This document shows, in pieces, positions 40,070 through 53,878 of a stretch of 64,000 bases of DNA (its first letter is position 1; each line of letters opens with the position of its first letter). The position numbers were made by a program, and so were the translations under genes. The DNA lies in NCBI GenBank assembly GCA_051047955.1, contig JBPGPT010000004.1, positions 1 through 64,000 of the forward strand, read 5' to 3'. The DNA comes from Cystobasidiomycetes sp. EMM_F5 (taxonomy: Eukaryota). The notes under the pieces are model-generated. The model did no database searches. It saw only the letters and a program-made list of their open reading frames with translations, and had not been told where the DNA came from.

Positions 40070-42506
40070 ATGCCCGCAGCGTCGCCCTTCTCGTTCAAAC
40101 AGCCAGCATCAAGCCAGCCGACCTTCAGCTTTGGAGGAGCTGCCAACGCCAACAATGGCGGCACAGGTCAGTATTGAGGATGGCTGTAGACCGTAACAGC
40201 TGATAATGCGCTTGCCCGTCTTCCCCAGCGACTCCACCGCTGACTTTTGGAGCACCGGCAGCTGCAAGCCAGTCTTCAACGCCCGCTGCCAATCCATTCG
40301 GGGGAAGCGGGACAACGTCTAGCTTCTCATTCGGTGGTGCTGCCAATTCAGCCCCTCCCAAGGCAAACCCCTTTGCAACTGCAGCCCCAGCATTCGGGTC
40401 GACAACTCCAGCAGGGACACCCGCGCCCGCCCAGGCTCCAGCTACCACTTCCTCCTTCTCGTTCGGCGCAAAGCCCGCAACTCCTGCATTTGATGCCGCT
40501 CCTGCTCCTACTTTTGGCAGCACGCCAGCGCCAGCTCCAGCTCAACCGGCAGCTCCGTCTTTTGGTGCAGCTCCTGCATCCACCTTTAGCTTCGGAGCCA
40601 AACCGGCAGACACAGCTGCATCATCTTCACCCGCACCTACTGCTGCCGCACCTGCAACTTCCTTCAGTTTTGGTGCGCCAAAGCCAGCTGAGCCAACAGC
40701 GGCAACCACTCCGGCAGCACCCAGTGGCTTCTCCTTTGGCAATACTCAAGCTAACACAGCCAATCAAGCGACTACAACGCCTGCTGCAAAACCTCCTGCA
40801 ACCACTTTCAGCTTTGGTGGAGCTAAACCTGCTGCACCTTCATTTAGCTTTGGCGGTGGTGCTCCTGCAGCACCCTCAACTGCTGCTACTCCTCCGGCTG
40901 CAGCTCCATTGTCTTTTGGCACTCCATCTACAGCAGCTACATCTGCGAGTACGACTGCCCCACCCACCTTTTCATTCAATAAAGCGCCGGCTCAGGATAC
41001 TGCTACTAAACCAGCTACTCCTGCTGCCAGTGCTGCGACCACGCCTCCCGCGACAACACCAGCCGCTGCCCCTCTCTCGTTTGGATTCAAAGCTCCATCA
41101 TCCACTCCTGCTACTTCGACTACACCTGCAGCCACACCTGCAGCCTCAGCTCCTGCTCCGGTGACGTTCAGTTTCGGAAAGCCTGCAAGTGAGGCTGCAA
41201 AACCAGCAGCAGCAGCACCTGCCACTCCTTCCGGTATGCATGTTTGCATATACGAGTAAACGGAATGCTGATATGCGGCTATATGATTGTAGAACCCGCT
41301 AAAGCAGCCCCTCCTACTTTCAGCTTCAAGAGTAACGCTGCTCCAGCCAGTGGTGCGACGACACCAGCTGCTCCAGCTCCAGCTCCAGCTCCCGCTCCTA
41401 CTTTTCAGCTCGGAGGCACTACTGCAGTTCCTCCTGCCGCATCTTCTGCCACACCCGCAGCAGGAGCAGGGACAGCGGCACCAGCCCCGGCAACTACATT
41501 TAGCTTCGGTGTCAAACCAGCGACTAGCACCACTCCGGCTACTACGACCGCTACGACAGCTACCGCGCCCGCCGCTTCGACTTCCGCCGGTCTGGCTGCT
41601 GGCGCTGCGGCTATAGGAACGACGACTTCGCAAGCCAAGACGACTGTTTCGGTACCCTCGCTGTTGAAAGGAAAGACACTTGAAGATATTGTCAATGGGT
41701 GGTCGTCGAGCTTGGATGAGAGAGTACGAGAATTTACTAATTTGGCAGCTGAAGTAAAAGCGTGGGATAGCGTTCTTATTCAGAATGGCGACGAGATTTC
41801 AAAGCTTTACAACTCGCTTCAGGCCCTCGATCCGGTATCCAATACAATCTCGGAAAGTCTAGACTATGTCGAATCCCAGCAAAAGGAAATGTCCAACGTT
41901 CTTGATGGGTACGAAGCGCAGCTTGATGAGATGCTCGCAGGGCGGGCGCAACAGCAGCAACAACAGCACGGCATACTTGGATCATCGTCGAGTAGTTCCG
42001 CCAATTCGGAACGGGAGCGGGCATACCAGCTCGCAGAGAGCCTCAACAATCAGCTGGACGACCTGTCGAGATCATTGACTGCGCTCATCAACGAAGTCAA
42101 TTCATTGTCTCCCTCCACTTCTGCCTCGGCAGGCGGTGATGCAAAAAATGGGGCAAGCAGTTCGATGGAACAAGATCCAGTAGGAGCCATTGCTGCGATC
42201 TTGAACGCACATCTGTCTAGTCTGGCATGGATCGAAAAGACGGTAGAAAGTCTGAATGACCAAGTCTCGGATCTAGAAGGACGGATGAAGACGGCAAGCA
42301 ATGGCAAGTGGAACGGCTTGACTTCTACTTCCCGAAACGCCACTTCTGCCAGTACGCCCGGAAGATATGGCTTCACTTCACCGCAGGGCAATGGGCTCAT
42401 TCGGTCAACGACGACTACAAATCAGGTCAGATATGGTACGCCTAGTAGATTTGCGCAAGGGAGCGTAGCCAGAGGAAGTGTGTTTGGTGCAACACCGCGA
42501 CGATGA
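40070..42506 (+). CDS. NSP1: FG nucleoporin Nsp1 / Nup62
   Basis: Many FSFG repeats with Ala/Pro/Thr spacers; LKGKTLEDIVNGWSSSL, VKAWD, ILNAHLSSLAWI. Confidence 0.95.
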
Positions 42507-42744
42507 TGTACGTTATATCAGCCAACATACAGTGAAGACCAGCCAAAATATACGCAAGCACACTGCTACGCTCGTGGATTGCAGCAATTGCCTGTTCGAG
42601 GTGGCCGCCCCCTCGTCCTGATTTGGCTACAACATGGATTCCGCTGCCCACAGACCTTTCGACTGACTATGCGAGAAATTGCCAACAACACAATATGCAT
42701 GAAGAGTATAGCACTGAACAAGCAGCTTGCTAGCAAGTCGCAGC

Positions 42745-45103
42745 TCATCTGTGGCTTGTCTTGCCCCGTCCACGTTTGCCAGAGAAGAGATGTTTCGGCA
42801 TCTTGGTCATTACATGTCTGTCGGACTCTCCTGCCTTCGCTAGACTGTTGGGTCCTCTTTGTGCGAAACGGTGTAGCTTGTTCGCCTTGTCAGCTTGTGC
42901 AGTATTCTTCAAACCCAAAGTCGCGCGATTCTTGGTCGGCACTCGCTTGCCAGAGGCAGCGACCGCACGGCCGGTGATAGATTTGCGCTTCTTGCCAGGT
43001 GTGCCGTCGTCGACTTGCATGCCTTCATCGTCTGACGGCTCATCGGCCCACGCTGAGCCTGAAGCGCCAGCACCCTCTCCATCAATATCCATGTCACCAT
43101 CACCCTCGTCCCTCTTCCTCTTTTCGCCTGCGCGGGTCTTGAGTTGCACGCCACGAGCAAGGGCAAGCATTTGAGCGCGTTCTTCCAGTTTAGATGGATC
43201 GATACCAGCTTTTCGGAGATCGGAAGCCATGTCATCAAGCGTGCGATCGCTGCGAACAGTTCGAGGCATGATAGGTTTGTTCTGCTTCTTGTCCCGGACT
43301 TTATTGTTGAGCTTGATCTGTGCCCGCTTGGCTCGGATTGCAGTCGCTGTCGACCGGATAGCCTCCTCTTCACTCTCCGCGATCTCATCATCGTCATACT
43401 CGTCGGAATCGTAAAAGCCTTCCTTTTCGAGCTTCTCCTCTTCCGCCTCAAGCTCTTCCAATCTATCAAGAATGTCGGGGTCGATGAAGTCTGCAAAATT
43501 CTTGCCGCCTGGACCAATCTCTGGCGCAATATCGTACTTCCATTCGTCATTTTTGAGCAGATAGTTCTCTGTGTAGATGTAAAGCAAAGTGCCATCAGCA
43601 TACATCGGAACGGGCGGAGGACAGGCCAACTCACTCTTCAAATCGACAGAATACACACCGGCCCCGCCATTCTCTGCTTCCAGATCACGCTCCAATTTCC
43701 GCCTTGGCGCGACATCGACTTCATCTTCTCCCTCTTCATCCTCCTCGCCATTCAGCTCAGCCAGCTTCTTTCTCCTGGCTTCAGCCTCCTCTTGTCGCTT
43801 CTTGACTGCCTCTGGAATGAATGGCTCACGAGTCACACGATCCCTGGTCTGTGGCTGTGCGACTCTGATACGATTCGCAACGTTGTCAACCCTCTTTGTC
43901 TTTTCCTTGCTTTCCACACGACTTGTGAGAAGCGCATCGCAGGCTGCATTTCGGACGTCCATGACGCCCTCCTCGGACATGGTCGACAACTGCATGAATT
44001 GTACGCGAGTATCATGCGCATTGTCATCTTTGAATGCTTGCAGTAACGCAGCTTGAGATGCTTCCAGCTCTTCAGGGCGCATAACATCAATCTTGTTGAT
44101 GGCTACAAAAACGGGCTTGTTTGCAAAGAGGGGCTTGATGGATTGGAAGAGTTTGATTTGCGCTTCGAGTGTATAGCCGCACTGCTCTGATAGATCCATA
44201 AAGTACAGAATGCAGGCGCGGAGATGGGCGAGAGCCGTGATGGACTGCATTTCAATCGTATTCATCTCTTCGAGCGGGTGGTCGAGAATACCGGGTGTGT
44301 CTACCACCTGCCAGCGGAGGTAGCGGTAGTCCATGTGGCCGACGAAGAGAGATTTGGTAGTGAACGCATACGGCTGTACATCTACATCCGCACGGGTAAT
44401 CTTGTTGATAAAGGACGACTTTCCGACGTTGGGATATCCGCAAATAAGGAGTGTCCGCGTAGTAGGGTCGATAGTAGGCAGACGGGACATGTGCTGTCTG
44501 ACTTGCTCAAGATACGCGAGAGGCTCCTTTTGCCTCCTCATGATTGTAGCCATGCGACCGAGGGCAGCTTTTTTTAGCTGCTTGCATCGGTATAGACTAT
44601 CGCCAAACTTGAGTAGCCTAACATAGTCTTTTCCGACAGAGTCGATGAGATGCTTGCATGTGTTGATCTGGCCGAGAGCGAGCTTGTAGTGGTTCTTGTC
44701 GTACAGCACGTTTAGCAACGAAGCGAGGAAAGGGTGTAGATTATCGAGGATTGGGAATTCAGAGAGCATCTGCGACAGACGTTCATCAAAAGCTTCCTGA
44801 GTAAATTTAACCTTGCGCATATAACTAACGACAAGCACAGAGTCAGCTCTTTCCCACAGACGTACTGAGCTTTGTGTAAGCCGCACAAGCTTCTGATACG
44901 TGAAATCTTGAAACCCTTGTGGATTTGCGTTGGAGTTTTTCGCTGAGTTTTGCTCAAAACGATATCTGTGTGTCGAGCAAGAGTGTACCATAGTGAGTCC
45001 CATCAAACCAGACGTTTAGATAACCATACGTCGACCAACCCAAAAAATCTGCGGCCGTAGGTACCGGAGCGATGGCTTTGAGCCCTCCTCTTGCGGTGCT
45101 CAT
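42745..45103 (-). CDS. NOG1: Nucleolar GTPase Nog1
   Basis: PVPTAADFL|DIVLSKTQRKTPT, GYPNVGKS, DTPGILD, NKID, C-terminal PKHLFSGKRG. Confidence 0.96.
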
Positions 45104-45467
45104 CTTGGCGGGATATCACCAGGACACAGTGAGTAGCAGAGTCCTCTATGCAGTGTAATGGGCAGTCTTTGCAGACTACGGAATAACTTGAGCAGGACAA
45201 AGAATTTGCATGTCGCTTTACAAATATGATCGACTCGGTAAAGTGATGGCAGCCAGCTTCAGTGCTGCAACCTGGATACAATCAACGGGACGAGCTGGAT
45301 TGAGATTAACACATAGAAGGGCCGCATCTCTGGAATAAATCTTCGAATGCAATTATCAGATTGCAGCGCAGTTTGCCACCCAAGATCATTGATTGCAGCC
45401 AGCATTGGATGCATTATATTCCTTCAGTTCTGAACCATATCCTGCAAATAATACTCTGCCTCTCGCC

Positions 45468-45841
45468 ATGTCTGCACGGGTGGCCGATATCCTGCATCGC
45501 AGCTTTGTGACGGTCCTCGTCGGAGTGAGCGTCGTTGGGCTCGCGGAAATTGGAGTGATGTGAGCAATTCAGCGTAGTCAGAGAGAACATTACACAAAGC
45601 TGATTGTATCTTCTGCAGGCATCGCAATATAATGCAACAGGGAAGAGACGTCGCGGCGCAGAAGGAAATGGTGCGCGTTGTCACTACCGATGTACACGCT
45701 GGCCTTCTGATGCAATTTGGCTATATCATACTACAGGAAGATCTGAAGACCCTGAGGGATAACTCGAGTCCGCAGGCATTCCCGGAAGGCACGGATCTGC
45801 AAGCAGCGCAGTATCAGCAACCCTCAGCTTCATTGCGGTAG
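45468..45841 (+). CDS. COX14: Cytochrome c oxidase assembly factor Cox14-like (about 82 aa, 3 exons)
   Basis: MSARVADILHRSFVTVLVGVSVVGLAEIGV resembles, from memory, the yeast Cox14 N-terminus (RVTDTIHRLTVLTLVG) with one TM helix; two canonical introns keep frame. Confidence 0.7.
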
Positions 45842-46216
45842 CGTCAGACTTTTGTTGACCTACGTGCTCTCGGCATTCGCGGCCTGTGTACAACTTCAAC
45901 TACCCTCAAGCCAATATGTATCACAAGACATGTAGCTATAAGCAATGCCTGAAAGATTCTCCCGCTGTACTAGCTTCAAGTGCATGTCCAGCACGGTGCT
46001 AACAAGTATGTGAATGGATTAAATAAATTTGGCTACCGAGGTCCGACATGCAAATGCTTCGTTTATATTGTGAAGTCATCGTAAGTAGAGCCGATGGACA
46101 GATCATTTCCCAACAGTATATGAGTTTATGAAAAGCTACAAAAGTAATGCTAGTTGTTGCATGCGTGCGGACTACAAGCCGTGCGGAGACAAAGTGCAAT
46201 CCTCCTTCACTCGCCT

Positions 46217-46850
46217 TCACTTGCAGGTAGAGATAGTGTAGTCTACAGTCGAGTTACAGAGACGGGGAGTCTTTGGCATAAAGTCGATGAGGACGCTGGA
46301 GTAAGCAAAATTCACATCAGCTGAAATATGGACATGTCGTGAGCAATAACCTACAGCTCAGTCTTCTCGGCAGTGTAGTCTCCGTTGGTGTCGCGGTAGT
46401 AGACAATCTCGTTCGACTTTGCATCGCGGACTTCGAGGGTCTGTGGGTGATTGTCAGTCAGATTGTCAGTCATTGCCTTGGAAATTCGAATATACGGCAA
46501 CTTGCAGTGTGAGATAAAGTCCCAGAGGTACTCCATTCAAACTGTGAGACACACTATCAGCCATGTAAGACTCACTCCGCGGATATTTCTTGGCTTACCG
46601 TGTAGCAAGTGCTCTTCTTGAAGAGGATCGGCGCGGTGCAACGTTGCTGAAGACGAAATCTTCAGAGTCAGCACAGCGCTTCAGCTTCCTGACCTCCACT
46701 ATTTCCTCCACGCACAGTTCCCTCTGCATCGAGGCACTTCTGGACGCAGTAGTCTGTGATTGTGCCCGACGAGATCACATCGTCTTTAGACTTGTAGAGG
46801 CCGGTGAAAGCCAGACCGCCGGCGAGGACTTGTTGGAAGTTGAGATACAT
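46217..46850 (-). CDS. Small 6-Cys protein of unknown function (about 127 aa, 5 exons)
   Basis: Joins as MYLNFQQVLAGGLAFTGLY...EGT|QRCTAPILFKKSTCYT|FEWSTSGTLSHT|TLEVRDAKSNEIVYYRDTNG...EL|VLIDF...ISTCK; strongly C/G-ending codons; intron 46441-46505 has a GCAAGT donor. Confidence 0.75.
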
Positions 46851-47178
46851 GTTTGTGTGTGGGTAGTGAGTGTATGTGTTGCTTGCGAGGAATGATGTTT
46901 GCTTCAGTTGTCCAAGTACAAACCCGGTAACCACGCTTCCCGCCTTGGCTTGTGACTTGCGACGCCGTAACGTCAGCGGCAAATTTATGGGTAGGCGATG
47001 ATTCTTTAAATTGAGCAGTATATAGGTTTCGATGAGGCATCCGCCTCTATAGTATGTAGCTAGCGTGCTGTACTAACCAGATCTTGCTAATCGTGTCTTT
47101 GACTATCGACTGTACAGTCCATTGACCTTCGCGTAAAGATACAGAAACAACATATCCTTCTTGCTCAGCAGCCATGCC

Positions 47179-48654
47179 ATGAACAGCAAGAAGCGCAAGA
47201 TTGACAAGGTCGACTCCAGTCAACATGTAACGAGGAAGCCAGCGCAAGGGCGTACTGGCAGTGTCGTGGACTTGACAACTACGTCGGAAACGGAAGACGA
47301 TGACTCCAATGATGTCGAATTTGTGGGGATATCCAGTGATAAACCTGCAATGTCAAAAGCTACAACCACCATTTCAAATTCCATCAATTCTGTTCTGAGG
47401 GATAGTGCTTCCACCGCACCAAAATCGTCAAATGCGCTCCCTCCACTGCACTTGCATACGCAATCCCAGCTCGACAAGCATGGTCTACCCTGTTCGTTGA
47501 TACCAGATATTCTGCCGGTAGAGCTTGCAGAACGTCTGTACCGCGCAATGTTGCGCGAATCGACGACCTGGGAACGTAATACTTGGTGGTTGGCAGACCG
47601 ACAAGTGACTTCGCCCCACACTACCTGCTTTTACAGCAGGAATGATGACGGCGACAAGCAGCACGACGAAGCGCATTGGTATATGGGTCGCAAGGCCACG
47701 TACGGCCGGTCGAACGCTGTTGAAGGTGCAGCAACGGAAGACTCTGAAGGACCACGGCCATTCCTTTCAGAGATGCGAGAAGCGGCAGCTATTATCCAAA
47801 GGCGCGTCAATGATGTCCTCAGCTCTTATACTCGGTATGGGATGGAGTACGATGGACCATGGCGAGCGAATGTAGCAGCCGCAAACTGCTACAGAGGAGC
47901 AGCAGAGACGGTCGGTGCACACGCAGACCAATTGACCTACCTCGGCCCTTTTCCTACTATTGCATCACTCTCACTAGGCACGCCTCGAAACTTCAGGTTG
48001 CGAGCTGTGCCATCCGTTCAGGATGACCCGAACGTTCCATCTACAATCCGGACATACGATATCCATCTTCCGCATAATTCCCTGTGTATCATGCATGCGG
48101 GATGTCAAGAGCGCTACAAACATTCCATACCACCACAGCGCAGCTTGGACTTATTCAAGCTCAAGAACCGAGAGACCGGTCAAGCGGAGACTTTTAATGA
48201 GAGAATCAATGTGCGTGGACGTGTGATCCGTCTTGCATTCTATCGTTCGATTGTTTTGCTGATATGGTTCATGGCAGATTACATTCAGATTCTATCGACC
48301 AGACTTTGCGCCCGGAACCACTCCTGTTTGCGCGTGTGGCATACCTACCATACTCCGAGCAGATGCAAAGGGAAAAGCGAGCGCAGCGATACAGCAAGGG
48401 GGAAATCTGTCGAATGAGCGAACGCCAGGCAGACGTACGCAAGACAGGCGTGCTAATGATTCTAATTCTAGGATGCGCTTCTTCTGGCAGTGCGCGGCTG
48501 GGGCGCAAAGTAAGTCGCGCTACATTAAGGCGAACAACCTTGGTATGCTTTACGACCTAATGAGTTCTTCGCAGACCAAGGTAAACGGTGTCACTTTTTC
48601 AGAATATTGGACATGCAAGGTGAAGCGCGGGGTCCGTGTCTGGGCGAAGAATGA
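47179..48654 (+). CDS. AlkB-family 2OG-Fe(II) dioxygenase with C-terminal GRF-type zinc finger
   Basis: ANCY, GAHAD (HxD), IASLSLG, YKHSIP, RIN|ITFR; then CACG...RFFWQC...RCHFF. Confidence 0.85.
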
Positions 48655-48910
48655 GGAGACAGCGCGACTCCTGTGGCCATAGCCTATCTTAAGCAGCGTG
48701 TCTTGCAAGCATATCGTGTTGTACTTGCAGCACTTTGCTCCGAGCTGCAATCATTGATGTCGTCGACTGCGTCGGTCCTGATCACGGCCCTTTGTTGGTC
48801 ACACGCTTTCTGGAAATTTGAGGCGGACAGTATCCAATAAACCTGCGACCAGCCAGCTGCCGCGACTGTCATCAAGCCTGTAGCTGTGACTGTAACCTCT
48901 CAGCCCAGCC

Positions 48911-50305
48911 ATGGCATTCAATCAAGCGCAATTTGTAGGCAGAAGTCCCGGTTGGCCCTCGTTTTCTTAGCGAACCAAGCTGAGAAACACTGTCTGCTGG
49001 CCAGGTGCGCGAATACAAGCTCGTCGTTGTCGGTGGTGGTGGTAAGTGGTCTCGTTTAGGCTACTCGCAGGACTCTATCACCTGTGCTGGCCCGTCAAGT
49101 CGCGAAAATGAATTGGCTGTCCTTGGGTGACCCCTGCTACGCGCACCGCTCAGACCGCGAAATGAACCATCCGCTCGCAAATCTGCAATACGAGCATTAA
49201 ACTGCATCCGTCATCCTACGCGATATCCTGCATCAGCAAGTGCACCAATAAATGGATATAGGCTAATTTTCGTACCATTACAATGTCCACTCGGTCCGTT
49301 AACGCTCTCTTGTTCGCAACCGGGCATCTTGTTCTCCGGTCACGTTTGATGTACATATAGGCGTCGGCAAATCGGCACTCACGATACAATTCATTCAATC
49401 ACACTTTGTCGACGAATATGACCCAACAATTGAGGGTACGTCGAAAGTTGCATCTCGGAACGATTGTCTTTTGGCGATGGCACCCACACTCATATCTCAT
49501 TCATTCACGTACTAGACTCATACCGCAAACAATGCGTCATAGACGATGAAGTCGCCCTCCTTGACGTTCTCGATACGGCCGGACAAGAGGAATATAGGTC
49601 AGTCTGAAGTCCACAGTTTCGCAGATGCACGCTCATGTCTCGACTCCCTGCTCCCACCACAGCGCAATGCGCGAACAATACATGCGGACGGGCGAGGGTT
49701 TCCTACTAGTTTACGCAATAACAAGTCCAGATAGCTTCGAGGAAATGTAAGTCGCCATGCGGCAATCTATAATCATCCAGATAATAACAGATGTCCTGCC
49801 TCGCGTGCACAGTCGTCAATTCCGAGAGCAGATCCTGAGAGTCAAGGACAGAGACTATTTCCCGATGATTATCGTCGCCAACAAGCGGGATCTGGAGCAT
49901 CAGAGGAGAGTGCAGGAGCACGGTACGTCAATGTGTCTGTGCGCAGTCAACAAGGACTCATGCTCAACGCCTGTACTTCTGCTGTTGCAGAGGGTATGGA
50001 GTTGGCGAGGCAGTATGGATGCCAATTCATTTCGACGTCAGCCAAGGCGCGTCATCAAGTCGACGAAGCCTTCTACCAATTGGTGCGAGAGATTAGGCGG
50101 TACAACAGGGTAAGATGGCGCAGCTTCCAAGGACGGGGATGTATTTGTCCGTCGACTGATAGAATTCCCTGTACTCACGCAGGAACAACAAGCGGGCCGA
50201 CCTGGTGGAATGGGCGCATCCAATGGAGCAGGTGGAATGCAACAGTTTCACCACGAAAAAGACGGCCATTCCGGCGGATGCTGCAGCGGCTGTGTTGCCA
50301 TGTAG
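48911..50305 (+). CDS. RAS1: Ras GTPase (8 exons)
   Basis: [56 protein letters not shown]; ends [10 protein letters not shown] (CAAX). Confidence 0.96.
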
Positions 50306-50653
50306 CGTGGAATAGTGTGCGCATGTCTAACTTCGAGGCAACGGATTGCCTGACTTTGGGGAGCATCGGAGTCGTTGTCAGCTGGAGTACTGCATATCGA
50401 AGGAGAGCTTGGAGGGAATTTTTGCTACTATTTTGAACTGTTGTTTACATTAGCTGCTTGTGCTATCCGAGGTATAGCAATGCCCAATATCTTGTTCACA
50501 ACGCTTCAAATGTGGTTGCTTCACTCCGGCAATTCAAATGCGACCTTCTCAATGCGTATCGTTGATGAGGCGCTGTTTGCCGGTAGCAGCACGGCGGAGT
50601 GGATACCCTATTTTCCGCCAGCGGTGGCTTGTAAAACAATCTCCATATGTACT

Positions 50654-53600
50654 TCAGTACTGCTCTGCCATGATGAGCGTAATCAAGCTCGTCCACTGCG
50701 CAGTCGAGGTCAGAAAGTTTTAGCGACAGACATGGTTCGGTGCACTCACGCCAGTGAAAGGGTGGCTACGCTTCCCCTCGCCATTGTTTGCGTCATACTG
50801 CTCCCAGGCGGTCCCTGTTCGTTGATACTCCTTGAATGTGTTTTCGATGAGGTTAGTCCTCAGTTCATCGTAGATTTCGGCAGCCAGACGCTGGTATGGC
50901 CCTGCCTCTTTTGCGTATATCTAAGGCTTGCGACGTGAGCCAGATGGACAAGAGAGGAAACGCGGGTCTAAACTTACGTTGTACAAGCTTTGCAAGGCAA
51001 GGTAGTTGAGCGGTATCCAGATCGGCCCTCTCCAGTAATTTTCGCCTTGTCCAAAGTCGGGGTGGCTCTTGCTTAATGACCTTAGACCAAAGTCTGACCA
51101 TAATTGTTCCGGATCACGAACGGCTTTGAGTATTGGACCGAGGTGGGGGGAGGACGGCGAGAGAAGGCCAAGTAGGAACGGGAATATCGATATATAGCCC
51201 TTAGGTGGACATGTCAGCTTGTAACGCGATGCTTCGAGGTAAGACCTGCTCACTTGGTGACAGACATGCTCTGACTCGTCTGAAAGCTTGCAGGTCAGCA
51301 CTTTCCGCCAAATCTGGTACATGGCTCTTACCGAAGCGATCCACGCTGACATCACAGTACATCTGATGATCTTCACTCCAGTGCAATTCTGAACGGAATG
51401 CGCCTTGTTAGCGAGCTACTTCCATCGAGGATCGTAATGTCCACCTACCATCTAGGTTCGTTAACATTGCTTTTTCATTCTTGACATACGTTTGATGATC
51501 TTCCTTTTCGCCGATATACTGAGAGATCTCCTTCATTGTGCGGGTGAAAAAGATCATCCAGCTCATCAAGTCAAGATGCAGTTCTGCCACATGCGGAGGT
51601 TTGGCTCGCGGATAGTCATCAAGACCGCTCGTAAGGACATGGTCCATACTTCGCCCTCGCCAGCGATATGCTTCTGTTCTTGAGCCTGTGACTTCACGTC
51701 CCCATTCTCTTATCTGACCACGCTGCGTTGAGCGGAACCAATTGTAATGCGACCGAAGCTTTGGGTAGATGGAGCTCAGAAAAGCGCGAGCCAGCGCAGG
51801 TGATGACACGTGTATGTTTGCCAATGCTGAAGGCGACGCAGTATTGGCCATATCTACCAACAACTCTGCCTGACTGCCGAGCGCAGCACTTTCCCCAAAT
51901 GGCTGGTTGGGATTCGGCACATGCGCCAGGCCAGCATGTGTCCTTAGGCGTTTGATGTATTGCGTCACGCCCATGACCAATGTCGGCGGATTACCGTAGG
52001 CGGGATATTGCGTCTGGAACTGCTCTGGCACTTTGCTACGAGCCTCTTCACCCAAGATCTGCTCGCGACCGACCCAACCGTTCTCGTCAATCAGATTAAT
52101 CCAGCTTTTGAGTATTTCGAGACTACGAAAATGTGACAGATGTATCAGAAGCCATCCGGGTGTATCTCAGCTGCTGTATATCTACCTCAGATCGTTGTCC
52201 CACGCTCCAACCACCAGCAAATGGAAGCCCTCGTCCCTGGACGTCGTCTCAGTAAAATTGAACCTCTCTAAAGCACTGTTCCGCCATACCAATAAAATCC
52301 ACGCGGAAAGAACGACCGACTCGGAGTCGCTGTATACAGTCCCTTTGGTTCGACAAGTTCGGGGCGCGGGACTCGCTGACCTCCAGAAAACTCATTGTCT
52401 TCATCTTCTTCGTCTTCGAGATCGTACTCGTGTCGGAAGTGCTTATCAACAATGGAGGTACCGTAAAAGTATCCAATCCCGCCGAGCATACTCGATGTAA
52501 GCGCTTGAGCGTACTGTACGTGCTCTGCATCGAAGCCCTTGCTGGCAAGACTGAATGTCTGATCGAATCGATTGTGGAATACAGCTGATGATGCTTGTAA
52601 GCCAGCCGACAAGCCAGTTGCTATAACCCAAGGATACGTAAGAGTTATTGCGCATGCTCCGAGCCTGAGTAGGCCACTCACATTCGAGCACTTGAGCTTG
52701 AGGTGTGCCATCCTGACCGTCATAGAAAACATCGACAGCAAATGGGCCTTCGTAGGTCTTCTGGAAAGCAAAGAGATTTGCACCGAAGCGGACTTCGTTA
52801 CTAAGTGAGAAGAGAAGCGCAGGGTCGGGCAGATTCTCCTGGCCATACGTGTCCAGCAGAGCTTGGGCGCCGCTTGCGAGATCTTGTTGTATCAACGCTT
52901 TCGCTTGCCATGATTGGCTCATAGGTACATTCAACCCGATATAGGCTGTGCGGTCCAGCAGAGCTCCCCAGTCCTCCCAGTGTCGTCCACGCGATACAGG
53001 CCCGCTTGTAGATGCTGCATGTAATTCTAAGCCTGACATCCAGTTTCGCCTGGAATGATAGATTACCTTCTACTTGACGAAATGTGAAAGCCCCGAGCGA
53101 AGGCACGTCGCCTTTTACTGTTATTGGGCCATCGATGCCCTGAACAGGTCAAAAGGAATTTACAGCACATTAGATATTGGTTCCGTGGACTAAGTAAGCG
53201 GAAGCAAGTCCACCCACTTCGGAGCCTTCATCGTCGTGTGAATCCAGCTCAAGGTTGCCTAAGCCTTCCAGCGCGTAATATGATATCAAGGATATCCTGG
53301 AGAGACGACCTATAGCGACGACCACATCAGTATAATCTGCTCATCACGATATTCGCAATGGAACCGTACTCGGATCTAATGGCTTGCCAGATATTCTCGC
53401 TGCCCAACTCCCTCCTTCGGCTCCTACTGGCGATTTTAACAAGTCTACCCTCAATTGAACATTGTTCTCTACGTCGTTGATGACTTGCGAACCAGCGCTT
53501 CGTCCATCGTGTTCAGTCCACATGTATCCGGCCATGTTGTCTCCTTGTTCGCAAGAGTGCCGTAATTCTAGGAAGGAGACACATGCGCATTAGTATCAAT

Positions 53601-53878
53601 ACAGGCAGAGTTGCGAGCAGTCTAGAAGCCCCACTCTGCAAGCCAGCATAGTCGTGAGCTCCAAACCACGCCAAACCAAACAGGGGCGAATCTCCTTCGA
53701 CCCTTGCTCTCATTCCAAAATACAAGTTTGGCCGCTGCAGCCATCTCAGAGAACTATTGGCGAGAGCGCCATACTGTTCCTCGAGATCGACAACTTCGTT
53801 TGTCGTCGAGGAAGCTGCTGCATGTCGAGCTGCCAGGCCGCCGGCAAGAAGGGCGACCAGCTGCAGCGAGTTTAGCAT
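50654..53878 (-). CDS. CWH41: ER mannosyl-oligosaccharide glucosidase I (GH63)
   Basis: Signal peptide, RPNLYFGMR, TPSRSFFPRGFYW|DEGFH, WVGREQILGEEAR, LTSGLDDYPR, YWRGPIWI, SHPFTG|WTSL. Confidence 0.94.

Noticed and set aside
40247..41695. Long Leu/Gln- or Arg/Ser-rich alternative-frame and antisense ORFs over NSP1, and similar shadows over NOG1 and SRP54
   Set aside because: By-products of low-complexity or biased coding in the real genes.
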